DNA of 64,000 nucleotides from Dehalococcoidia bacterium (GTDB lineage Bacteria; Chloroflexota; Dehalococcoidia; UBA6926), in the NCBI GenBank assembly GCA_963666115.2, contig CAXXET010000004.1, positions 384,001 to 448,000 on the forward strand, written 5' to 3'. The notes beneath the pieces were generated by a model. It did not search any database. It was not told the origin of the DNA and saw only the letters and a list, made by a program, of their open reading frames with translations. Shown here one piece after another: positions 47,377 through 55,805 of this stretch; position 1 is the first letter of the stretch, and each line of letters opens with the position of its first letter. The translations under genes were made by a program, and so were the position numbers.

Positions 47377-48378
47377 TCATCTGCGGCGTGTGCTGTCCAA
47401 GGCGAGGCCATCTCGGATCAGCGGTTGAACGCTCATCATCTGTGGATCTAACCCCTCAAGGTCAAGTAATGCCTCGAAGCGCTTCCTTAGCTTGTCATCA
47501 ACACGCTGAATTTCCCTTATCTCGGCTAACTCAACGCCCAACCTTCCGAAGACTCCTTCTGCAGTTCCGTTGAGGCGGTATCTCTTGCCGTTTGCCTCAA
47601 TCCACACGGCATTGTCCTTTGCACATAGAAGGGCCGATCCCAGAGTAAGGGGCCATTTGTCGCCATAATCGCTTGCATTGATCCTCCTTTTGGCTGCACT
47701 CCACAGAAACCAAGTTCGTTCCCAAGTCACTAGACACCTGACATACAAGAGGGAGGGGATGGCAAGGCATACTGGCAGCAGCAGCGATTGGAGTATGGAT
47801 ATTGCGATCGAAGAGTCCTCAATGACGCGAAGTGTCGCCAGGGCGAGAGAAAGCAGCACATACGACGCAAGGAGGGTAGCGATGGTCGTGTAGCCGAAAC
47901 CATCAGACCTGTTCGACTGAAGGGAGGCAAACACAAGTGATAGGAACGACAACACTGGGAAGATGAGCAACTCCAGCAGCAAAGGCAATGTAGATGCGCT
48001 CAAGACTGCTGTCGCGAATGCCGCCAGCAGAACCCCCTTGGTCGGGAATTTTAGTGCGCTCTCACCTTCAAGATACTTGTCGTAGTTCATGAGAAAACCG
48101 ATGCCAGAGAACAAAAACCAGGATAAGGCGCCAACTACTGGCAGGATCTCCCAAAACCCAGCAATTCTGCCCAGCAACACGGCCATGATCGTTGCTAGAA
48201 CCACCGTAAGGAAGAGCCCCAGCAATGGCAAAAGAAGGCCCCAATGCAACAGCGTTCTGGCTATCCCCCACAAGGACGTGCGAAATGAGGCGCTGAAGCC
48301 AATTGTCAGCGTGGCTACGGACAGAGCCCACAACATCGTGGCCTGATGTCGCGCATTAAGGTCGTAGAATTCAATCAC
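47377..48378 (-). CDS. Multi-pass membrane protein with C-terminal YebY/DUF2511-like domain
   Basis: About 7 hydrophobic segments then YGDKWPLT...LLC...RYRLNGTA; lower GC. Confidence 0.65.
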   Translation of the reverse strand: MIEFYDLNARHQATMLWALSVATLTIGFSASFRTSLWGIARTLLHWGLLLPLLGLFLTVVLATIMAVLLGRIAGFWEILPVVGALSWFLFSGIGFLMNYDKYLEGESALKFPTKGVLLAAFATAVLSASTLPLLLELLIFPVLSFLSLVFASLQSNRSDGFGYTTIATLLASYVLLSLALATLRVIEDSSIAISILQSLLLPVCLAIPSLLYVRCLVTWERTWFLWSAAKRRINASDYGDKWPLTLGSALLCAKDNAVWIEANGKRYRLNGTAEGVFGRLGVELAEIREIQRVDDKLRKRFEALLDLEGLDPQMMSVQPLIRDGLALDSTRRR

Positions 48379-48575
48379 AGGATTAAGCCGTATGCATTAG
48401 GATGGCAGTGGCGCGCCTGACGGTGTCTATAGGCATGGTTTCGCTCTGATAGTACAGCACAGGGAAGGGTGTCCACCCTTCGACGAGCTCAGGAGGAGCG
48501 GCTGGGAAGGGCTCAGTTTAGCAAGGGAAATCTACGTAGCCACGACCATTAGCTCTGAAGGGGGAGCCACCCGTT

Positions 48576-48830
48576 CTACCGATAAGGGTACTTGTTGCTC
48601 TTTCTCCGGTTGGCCGAAGTCTGCATGGCTTGCAAATTCCTAGGGGAATTAGTTCCGCCCTTCGACTTGGGCTTGGAATGGTCGACCTCCCAACTCTTCG
48701 GTCCGTTCTTTCCGTAGGCAGGCTTATAGATCTCGTTGCCCAGTGGGTCTCTCCGAAAGAGACCTGGGTTCTTTCCTCGGATTGGTTGCGCCTTATCCCA
48801 AGCCGTGTTCCGTCGACGTTTGCTCGCCAT
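48576..48830 (-). CDS. Small HNH endonuclease
   Basis: WEVDHSKPKSKGGTNSPRNLQAMQTSANRRK; RBS AAGGAG. Confidence 0.85.
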   Translation of the reverse strand: MASKRRRNTAWDKAQPIRGKNPGLFRRDPLGNEIYKPAYGKNGPKSWEVDHSKPKSKGGTNSPRNLQAMQTSANRRKSNKYPYR

Positions 48831-49066
48831 ATCAGTTCAACTCCTTGCTAGAGTGCTCTAGCACCTACGATCCATCTGTTTTTGCTCCGGCACACACTTG
48901 GCGGTGCTGCCGGGACGCCCTGCACCTCTCCCGGCCCCTCCCTCTTAAGACGACTCTGGCCACACTTGGCCCCACCAGCCATACCGAACACCGACCAGTA
49001 TACTCAGCGGTTTCTGGCCGTCAATGCCTACGGGTAGAGACTTTACGGGGTGGTGCCGCGTCCGCT

Positions 49067-49301
49067 GGATTCCCGCTTTCGCGGGAAAAAGGGGGGCGGC
49101 GGCGCTAGGGGGTTTGGTTGGCGCTATGAGATTCAGATTCCCGCGTGCGCGGGAATGACGGAGGGGGGGGCCGCCGGCGCGGGGGATTCGGGGGTAGGTG
49201 TGCGGGATGTGACCCTGCGGGCCACGCGATGGATTCCGGCCTACGCCGGAATGACGGAGGGGTGAACCCCGCTCGTTCTTCGACGGGCTCAGGGTGAGCG
49301 G
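49067..49301 (+). repeat. Cluster of three family B repeats and one family C repeat
   Basis: 49067 GGATTCCCGCTTTCGCGGGAA; 49135 AGATTCCCGCGTGCGCGGGAATGAC; 49231 GGATTCCGGCCTACGCCGGAATGAC; 49278 CTTCGACGGGCTCAGGGTGAGCGG. Confidence 0.85.
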
Positions 49302-49316
49302 GGGGGAGAGGGGATT

Positions 49317-50291
49317 TTATGGGAGGGTTAGGAGGTGGGATTCCAGGGTTAGGCGGGCGTTGGCGTTTTGGCGGAGGGCCTGGATGGTGAAGAGGGTGTT
49401 CATGAGGGCGGATTGGGATTGGTGCAGGGTGGCATCGATTTGGCGGATGTTGTCCAGGGTTTGTGGGTCTGTTATGTCTTCGGGGGAGCCTGCCGCTACG
49501 ATTAGGGCGTCTCGCCAGATTGAGGCCCATGCTTCCAGGCGGGTTAGGAGGCGTTGGCGGTCTGCGTAGAAATCTTCGGCCATTTTGCCTGCTCGCTTTA
49601 GGCGGTCGGCGACGGGTTCGTTTCGGAGGGCGATGATTTCATCGAGGGCGGCGCGGCGGGCTTCCAGCGGGGCGGCATCGGCCAGGAGGCTGAGGGCGAA
49701 TTCGAGGCGGCCGCCGGAGAGTTTTGCCAAGCGGTTCGCGTCGTCATCGTCGGCGCCGTTCTGGCGCAATGCCTCCGCGACCTGGTCAAACGGGATCGGG
49801 CGGAGCGGAACGATCTGGCAGCGGGAGCGGATCGTGTCGAGCAGCGCCTCATCGTTGGCCGTGACGAGGATGAGGGTGACGTTCGGGTGCGGCTCTTCCA
49901 GGACCTTGAGGAGGGCGTTTGCGGCTTCGCGGGTGAGGGTGTCGGCATCGTCGATGATGATGACGCGGCCCTTCGCTTCATAGGGCTGGAGGTTGGCGGC
50001 GGCCTGGAGGTCTCTCGCGGCCTCGATGCCGATGGAGCCTGCGCTGGTGGGCGAGATAACCAGAACATCGGCGTGGTTGCCGCTTTCGATGCGCCGGCAG
50101 TGGCGGCAGTCAACGCACGGCCTCTCTTGCTCCGATTCACACAGCAGGGCTTTTGCGAACTCACGGGCGAGGGCCATGCCGCCGACGCCCTGGGGGCCGG
50201 TCAGCAGCCACGCGTGGGCTAGCCGTCCTTGTTTGACTGAGCGGTCAAGGAGGGCGATTGCGTCTTGGTCGGCGGGGACAGTCCAAGCCAT
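49317..50291 (-). CDS. holB: DNA polymerase III subunit delta'
   Basis: HAWLLTGPQGVG, C..PCVDCRHC zinc motif, AANALLKVLEEP, TIRSRC. Confidence 0.93.
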   Translation of the reverse strand: MAWTVPADQDAIALLDRSVKQGRLAHAWLLTGPQGVGGMALAREFAKALLCESEQERPCVDCRHCRRIESGNHADVLVISPTSAGSIGIEAARDLQAAANLQPYEAKGRVIIIDDADTLTREAANALLKVLEEPHPNVTLILVTANDEALLDTIRSRCQIVPLRPIPFDQVAEALRQNGADDDDANRLAKLSGGRLEFALSLLADAAPLEARRAALDEIIALRNEPVADRLKRAGKMAEDFYADRQRLLTRLEAWASIWRDALIVAAGSPEDITDPQTLDNIRQIDATLHQSQSALMNTLFTIQALRQNANARLTLESHLLTLP

Positions 50292-50297
50292 GGCGGG

Positions 50298-51617
50298 TTA
50301 GGCGTCGAGGCGGAGGAGGTCTTCTATGGTTTCGCGGCGGCGGATTGTGCGGGGTTCGCCGTTGGAGACGAGGACGACTTCGGGGCGGGGGTTGGCGTTG
50401 TAGGTGGATGACATTGCGATGCAGTATGCGCCGGAGACGGGGATGGCAAGGATATCGCCGGCGGCAGGGGTCGGCAGGGGGCAATCGCGGACGAGGATGT
50501 CGCCGGATTCGCAGTATTTGCCCGCGATGGTGACGGTGATTTCCTCGGCGTCCGCCATGCGGGAGGCCAGCACGGCCTCATATTGCGAGCCGTAGATGGC
50601 GGGGCGGATGTTGTCGCCCATGCCGCCGTCGACGGAGACGTAGGTGCGGATGTCCGGGAGGAGCTTGGTCGCGCCGACGGTGTAGAGGGCGACGCCTGCC
50701 GTGCCGACCATAGAGCGGCCCGGCTCGATGGATATGGCGGGGAGTTCAAGGCCGTGAACATCACAGCCCTGGATGACGGCCTTTGAGATAGTGGCGATGT
50801 ATGAGTCCGGGGCGGGGGCTTCGTCCGTGGCGAGGTAGTTGACGGCAAAGCCGCCGCCCGGGCTGAACATTCGCATCGTGAAGCCGTGCTTCTCCTTCAT
50901 CTGCGCGGCAAACTCCATCGTAATCTGAATGGCCTCTTCATAGGGCTCAAGCTCAAATATGGGGGAGCCGAGGTGGAAATGGAGGCCGGCAACGTCGAGG
51001 CGCGGCGACTGCATGGCGCGCGCGATTGCCTCTTCCGCCTGGCCGGTCTGGATGGCGAGACCGAACTTGCTGTCCAGCACGCCGGTGGTGGTGTGGGCGT
51101 GGGTGTGCGGATCAACGCCGGGTGAGACGCGGAACGACACCTGCTGCGTTTTTTCCAGCCGCTCAAGGATGTACTCAAGCAGTGCGAGTTCATGGAGGTT
51201 GTCAACGACGATTGCGCCGATGCCGGACTCGACGGCCTGTTCAAGCTCCGCAGCGCTCTTGTTGTTTCCATGGAAGTGGACGTTGGCGGGGTCGATGCCC
51301 GCCGCCTGCGTGGTGATCAGTTCGCCGCCGCTTACAACGTCAAAGCCGACGCCCTCTTCGGCAAGCAGGCGGAAAAGGGCGACGTTGGAGAACGCCTTGG
51401 AGGCGTAGATGATGGAGCTTTCGCCGGGGTAGTGGGCGTCCAGGGCGGCGCGGAAGCGGCGGGCTGAGTCACGCAGTTCGGCCTCATCAAAGACGTAGAG
51501 GGGGGTGCCGCGTTCTTGGGCGAGCTGGACGGTGTCCAAGCCGGCGATTTCAAGGTTGCCGTTGGGGCGTGCCTTTGCGGAGGCTGGGAAAACGGGAAGG
51601 GCGTCAATTCCTCTCAT
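50298..51617 (-). CDS. lysA: Diaminopimelate decarboxylase
   Basis: TPLYV, YASKA, SGGEL, SKFG, HFHLGS, GGG, EPGRS, CESGD, GAY. Confidence 0.95.
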   Translation of the reverse strand: MRGIDALPVFPASAKARPNGNLEIAGLDTVQLAQERGTPLYVFDEAELRDSARRFRAALDAHYPGESSIIYASKAFSNVALFRLLAEEGVGFDVVSGGELITTQAAGIDPANVHFHGNNKSAAELEQAVESGIGAIVVDNLHELALLEYILERLEKTQQVSFRVSPGVDPHTHAHTTTGVLDSKFGLAIQTGQAEEAIARAMQSPRLDVAGLHFHLGSPIFELEPYEEAIQITMEFAAQMKEKHGFTMRMFSPGGGFAVNYLATDEAPAPDSYIATISKAVIQGCDVHGLELPAISIEPGRSMVGTAGVALYTVGATKLLPDIRTYVSVDGGMGDNIRPAIYGSQYEAVLASRMADAEEITVTIAGKYCESGDILVRDCPLPTPAAGDILAIPVSGAYCIAMSSTYNANPRPEVVLVSNGEPRTIRRRETIEDLLRLDA

Positions 51618-51629
51618 TTGTATGGATCT

Positions 51630-51718
51630 CCCTCACCCTAACCCTCTCCCTGAGGGAGAGGGGATTTTGGATTCTTCGCTGCGCTCAGAATGACAGTGGT
51701 AACGCTCAGAATGACAGT
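51630..51718 (+). repeat. BoxC-like element plus family A repeat with duplicated 3' half
   Basis: CCCTCACCCTAACCCTCTCCC...GGGAGAGGG, then GGATTCTTCGCTGCGCTCAGAATGAC and CGCTCAGAATGACAGT. Confidence 0.8.
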
Positions 51719-51746
51719 CATTGTAATCAATTGATAGTCATTGTAA

Positions 51747-52640
51747 TCATGGGAGGCGGTATGTGATTCCTGGGGTGGTTTCGGCGGTTTTGCCTTCGGC
51801 GGTTAGCTTGATTAGGTGGGCGACGATCTGTTCGCGGGCGGCGTTCCAGCGCCATTCTTCAAGGTTTGCCGCACCGTAGAGCCGCTCACGCATGGCGTCC
51901 ACATCCGTTACGCCGTCGCGCAGGCATTCCAATATGGACTCATCGCGGGAATTGCGGTGCCCGATGAGTTCCGCGAGCTTGGCGGCGGGGTCTGCGACGG
52001 GCGGGCCGTGGAACGAGAGGAGCAGGCTGGCGTTTTGGTCGGCGAGCCTCTGTAGGGAGTCTACGTAGGCGGCCATATCGCCGCCCTGGTCGAGGTGGAC
52101 GGCGGTGGTGCCGCGGCTGAGGACGCAATCGCCGGAGAAGAGGACGCCGTCGGGTTGGAGGATGTAGCACATGCTGCCGCCGACGTGGCCGGGGGTGGCG
52201 ATGGCGTGGATTGTCCTGCCGCCGCCGAGGTCGAATGTTTCGCCACCGTTGAGGGGCGTGTCGACGACGTGGCCGGCGTGTTCGTTGATGGCGTCTACGT
52301 CTGCGGCGCCGGCGTGGACTGTGAGGCGGGGGAATGCGGATTTGAGGGTTTTTGCGCCGCCGCTGTGTTCGTCGAAGCGGTCTGTGAGCAAAAGGAGGTG
52401 TAGATTCCCGCTTTCGCGGGAATGACGGACGGGGGGGCGGGAATGACGGACGGGGGGGATGGCGGTGGGGGATGAGTTGATGGCGTTGATGATGCGTTGG
52501 GAGACGTCTTGTTCGTTGTGGCCGGCGTCTATTAGGGCGGCGGCGGTTTCGCCCTGGACCCAGTAGACGTGGGGGGAGTCGTCGTCATCGGGGCGCAGGG
52601 TTATGGCAGTGACGTTGGGGGCGACATTCGTGGTGGTCAT
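51747..52640 (-). CDS. MBL-fold metallo-hydrolase (degenerate HxHxDH) with an in-frame repeat insertion
   Basis: LIDAG, TDRFDEHSGG, TPGH, FSGD, FHG, C-terminal AHLIKL..EG; insertion PPVRHSRPPVRHSRESGNL. Confidence 0.8.
   Translation of the reverse strand: MTTTNVAPNVTAITLRPDDDDSPHVYWVQGETAAALIDAGHNEQDVSQRIINAINSSPTAIPPVRHSRPPVRHSRESGNLHLLLLTDRFDEHSGGAKTLKSAFPRLTVHAGAADVDAINEHAGHVVDTPLNGGETFDLGGGRTIHAIATPGHVGGSMCYILQPDGVLFSGDCVLSRGTTAVHLDQGGDMAAYVDSLQRLADQNASLLLSFHGPPVADPAAKLAELIGHRNSRDESILECLRDGVTDVDAMRERLYGAANLEEWRWNAAREQIVAHLIKLTAEGKTAETTPGITYRLP
52402..52458 (+). repeat. Family B repeat with tandem 3' duplicate, inside a coding sequence
   Basis: AGATTCCCGCTTTCGCGGGAATGACGGACGGGGGGGCGGGAATGACGGACGGGGGGG. 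Confidence 0.9.
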
Positions 52641-52747
52641 GGAAATCCTCCGATGGCGCGGCGGCGCAGTCTCAAGACACGCGCATTTTTGGCCGCGTCG
52701 TGTAAGAATCCTAAGAAAGCGCGTTAAGGGGTGTCAACGTGGGGGCG

Positions 52748-52822
52748 CCCTTCGACAGGCTCAGGGTGACCGGAGGGGGGCTCAGGGTGGACGGAGAGAT
52801 TCTTCGCTGCGCTCAGAATGAC
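52748..52822 (+). repeat. Family C plus family A repeats
   Basis: CCCTTCGACAGGCTCAGGGTG... then AGATTCTTCGCTGCGCTCAGAATGAC. Confidence 0.85.
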
Positions 52823-52856
52823 AGGTAAGTGAGACCGGTGGTTATGGCAGGGGAAA

Positions 52857-53510
52857 ATGAGTATGACGGTGGCGCATAGCGGGATGGATTTGCGGATTTT
52901 TTCGTTGATGGATGTTGGGAGCTGGGGGAATAACTGCTACGTGGTGACGGATCCGCTGCGGAACGTCGCGGCGATCATCGACGCGGCGGCGGAGGCGGAC
53001 AGGATTCTCACGGCCGTCGAGGGGCTTGAGGTTAGCTATATCCTGACGACGCACCGGCACGCGGATCACTTTGGGGCGTTGGAGGAGGTGTCCGCGGCGC
53101 TGCCGGACGCAGTTGTGGCGGCGACGGCAGCCGACGCGGGGGAGCTGCCCGTCACCCCTACCCTGCTGCTGGAGGACGGTGAAACGCTCCAGATTGGAAC
53201 GGTGCCGCTGCGGGTGATCACGACGCCGGGGCATACGCCGGGGAGCGTATGCTTCATAACGGGACAGCACCTGTTCTCAGGCGATACTCTTTTCCAGGGC
53301 GGGCCGGGACATTCAACCAGCCCCGAGGCTCTCCGGCAGGTGATCACGAGCATTACGACGAAGCTGTACACGCGTCCCGACGAGACGATTGTGTACACAG
53401 GGCATGGAGGGGGAACGACGATCGGCGAGAGCAAGGCGGAATACGCGGTGTTCGCGGCCAAGCCGCACGCCGATGACCTGCACGGCGACATAGTATGGCT
53501 CGAATCGTGA
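52857..53510 (+). CDS. MBL-fold metallo-hydrolase (glyoxalase II-like)
   Basis: NNCY, THRHADH, TPGHTPG, FSGDTLF, GHG. Confidence 0.9.
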   Translation: MSMTVAHSGMDLRIFSLMDVGSWGNNCYVVTDPLRNVAAIIDAAAEADRILTAVEGLEVSYILTTHRHADHFGALEEVSAALPDAVVAATAADAGELPVTPTLLLEDGETLQIGTVPLRVITTPGHTPGSVCFITGQHLFSGDTLFQGGPGHSTSPEALRQVITSITTKLYTRPDETIVYTGHGGGTTIGESKAEYAVFAAKPHADDLHGDIVWLES

Positions 53511-53560
53511 GCGGCGACACGCGCGCCATGCCGGCGCCCACCACCATTAGCGGGTACACG

Positions 53561-54844
53561 ATGACGGAGGCGCTCGCGCCGTATACGAAGAGCGTGCTGC
53601 TGAACGGCATCCGGCTGCTGACGGCATCAATGCCGGCGACGCGGGCCGTCTCGGTCGCGTTCTACGTCGGCACCGGCTCGCGTTTCGAGCGCGAGGACGA
53701 GTCCGGGGCGTCGCACTTTTTGGAGCACATCCTTTTCAAGGGGACTGAGAAGAGGCCGCTGGCGCAGGACGTGTCCGAGACCATCGAGCGCGTCGGCGGG
53801 TTCATGAACGCCAGCACGGACCGTGAGGTGACGATCTATTGGGCGCGGGTGGCGCGGCCTCACCTGTCCATCGGCATCGATATTTTGTCGGATATGCTTT
53901 TGAACTCGACGTTCCCGCCGGAGGAGATCGAGAAGGAACGGGACGTCATCCTGGAGGAGATTCACACGTCGGTCGATTCGCCTGCGCAGCGCGCGTTTCA
54001 AATGGCAGACAAGATCATGTGGCCGGACCAGCCGCTCGGCCGGGACATCGCGGGGACGGAGGAGAGCGTCCGCGAGCTTTCGCGGGACACGATCATGTCC
54101 TATATGCGGGAGCAGTATGACCCGTCGCAGATTGTGATGGCGGTGGCGGGGCAGATCGAGCACGCGGAGATCGAGCAGGTGGTGGGCGAGTTGCTGGAGA
54201 CGTGGCCGAGCGGGAGTCCGCGCGCGATGCCGCCCGTGGACGACACGGCGCCGGAGAGCCGCGTTGCGGTGGAATACCGCAAGACGGAGCAGGCCAACAT
54301 CTGCCTGATGTTCCCGGGGATGTCCGCGCATGATCCGGACCGGCGCGCGCTGTGGCTGCTGAACGCAATTCTCGGCGACGGGATGGCGTGCCGCCTGTTC
54401 CTGGAGCTGCGCGAGCGGCTGGGCCTCGTCTATGAAGTGGATACGGACGTGATGTATCTACAGGATACGGGCGCGATGGCGGTGTACGCGGGGACGGCAC
54501 CGCAGCGGGGGCCACAGGCGCTGGAGGCGGTCATCACGGAGCTGGAGCGGGCGACCACGGACATCACGCAGAGCGAACTGGAGCGGGCGCGCGAGTTGTC
54601 CAAGGGACGGATGCTGCTGCGGCTGGAGGATACGCGCAGCATTTCCGGCTGGCTGGGTGGGCAGGAGATCACCTTTGGGCATATCGAGACGCCGGAGGAG
54701 GTTGTCGGACAGTTGGACAGCATTACGGTGGACGACGTGCAGCGGGTGGCGCGGCGCGTCTTCAACCCGGACAACTACCGGCTAACGGTGGTGGGGCCGT
54801 ACCGGAGCGACCGCAAGTTCAGGAATATCATCGAGGGCCGGTAG
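53561..54844 (+). CDS. M16-family zinc peptidase
   Basis: HFLEH..FKGT, NASTDRE, RERLGLVY; start may be upstream (53495 or 53528). Confidence 0.92.
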   Translation: MTEALAPYTKSVLLNGIRLLTASMPATRAVSVAFYVGTGSRFEREDESGASHFLEHILFKGTEKRPLAQDVSETIERVGGFMNASTDREVTIYWARVARPHLSIGIDILSDMLLNSTFPPEEIEKERDVILEEIHTSVDSPAQRAFQMADKIMWPDQPLGRDIAGTEESVRELSRDTIMSYMREQYDPSQIVMAVAGQIEHAEIEQVVGELLETWPSGSPRAMPPVDDTAPESRVAVEYRKTEQANICLMFPGMSAHDPDRRALWLLNAILGDGMACRLFLELRERLGLVYEVDTDVMYLQDTGAMAVYAGTAPQRGPQALEAVITELERATTDITQSELERARELSKGRMLLRLEDTRSISGWLGGQEITFGHIETPEEVVGQLDSITVDDVQRVARRVFNPDNYRLTVVGPYRSDRKFRNIIEGR

Positions 54845-54865
54845 GCGGGAATTGGCGAGGCGGCT

Positions 54866-55129
54866 ATGTTTCGGAGGCTAACGCAGATTCTCACGGTCAT
54901 CGTCATCATTGCGGTGATCTACGAGGAGTTGAGAAAGGACCCGGAGAGCGAGCGGTGGCATGGGCGGGCGCTCGGATTCGTGCCGTATGATTTGCGTCCG
55001 CCGAGTCTTCGGCAGATACGGGAGACGTATTGGAATCCGAAGGATAAGCGGATCTTTCCGGGCAAGGTGGCCGGCATTGGGTGGGGCATTAATTTCGCGG
55101 CGCTGTTCGACCGGATCAGCCGGATGTAG
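54866..55129 (+). CDS. Small membrane protein (DUF5808-like)
   Basis: WHG...VPYDLRPP, WNP.D.RIF, GIGWGINF. Confidence 0.7.
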   Translation: MFRRLTQILTVIVIIAVIYEELRKDPESERWHGRALGFVPYDLRPPSLRQIRETYWNPKDKRIFPGKVAGIGWGINFAALFDRISRM

Positions 55130-55212
55130 CGGGTTGTTATGTCGGCGGGGGAGTTGTGCTATAGTCCACGCGATACCTGCCTGGGATCACGGGGGAGTGG
55201 GGGAAGGCCGTC

Positions 55213-55545
55213 ATGACGTTCAACGACCGCACGCTGACGTGCTCCGAGTGCGGCGAGGATTTCGTTTTTACGGCGGGCGAGCAGCAGTATTACGCGGATC
55301 GGGGCTTCCGCAACGAGCCGAAGCGGTGTCACGCGTGCCGCGTTGTGCGGCGGGCGGACATGGCGCGGCGGCGGGAGACGCGCGATACGGCAGCGCCGGT
55401 AGAGCAGGATCGTCCTCGTCGGCAGATGTATCCGGCGACGTGCGCGGAGTGCGGGCGCGAGACTGAGGTGCCGTTCGAGCCGCGCGGAATCAGGCCGGTG
55501 TATTGCGCGACGTGTTTCACGCGTCAGCGGAATGCGCCGCGGTAG
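55213..55545 (+). CDS. Zinc-ribbon protein with CxxC-x17-CxxC domains
   Basis: CSECG..FVFTAGEQ..Y...EPKRC..C and ATCAECG...VPF.P...PVYC..CF. Confidence 0.9.
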   Translation: MTFNDRTLTCSECGEDFVFTAGEQQYYADRGFRNEPKRCHACRVVRRADMARRRETRDTAAPVEQDRPRRQMYPATCAECGRETEVPFEPRGIRPVYCATCFTRQRNAPR

Positions 55546-55602
55546 GGTTGTGTTATTAATGGATGTGCGGGAGCGGGCAACTGAAAGGGAGGGAAGCGGC
55601 GA

Positions 55603-55776
55603 ATGACGTATGTAGTCCTGCGCGAGGGTGAAAGCCAGGAGCAGTTGATCAAGCGGTTCCGTTCCGTGGTTGAACGTTCCGGCATCCTGAGGCAGGCGAA
55701 GGAGAAGCGCCACTTCATCTCCAAGCAGGAACGAGCCCGGCTGAAGGCCCGCAAGGCGCGGCGCCGACGCAACTAG
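55603..55776 (+). CDS. rpsU: 30S ribosomal protein S21 (absent from the ORF track)
   Basis: Manual translation MTYVVLREGESQEQLIKRFRSVVERSGILRQAKEKRHFISKQERARLKARKARRRRN; RBS GGGAGG. Confidence 0.9.
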   Translation: MTYVVLREGESQEQLIKRFRSVVERSGILRQAKEKRHFISKQERARLKARKARRRRN

Positions 55777-55805
55777 CGCGAGTGCATGGCCTGGGACGAA
55801 CGACC

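Noticed and set aside
48847-48862. GCTAGAGTGCTCTAGC as a CIRCE element
   Set aside because: Does not match TTAGCACTC-N9-GAGTGCTAA and is not upstream of a chaperone gene.
49067-49301. Repeat cluster as a CRISPR array
   Set aside because: Repeats are non-identical and irregularly spaced, occur dispersed across the window, and no cas genes are present.
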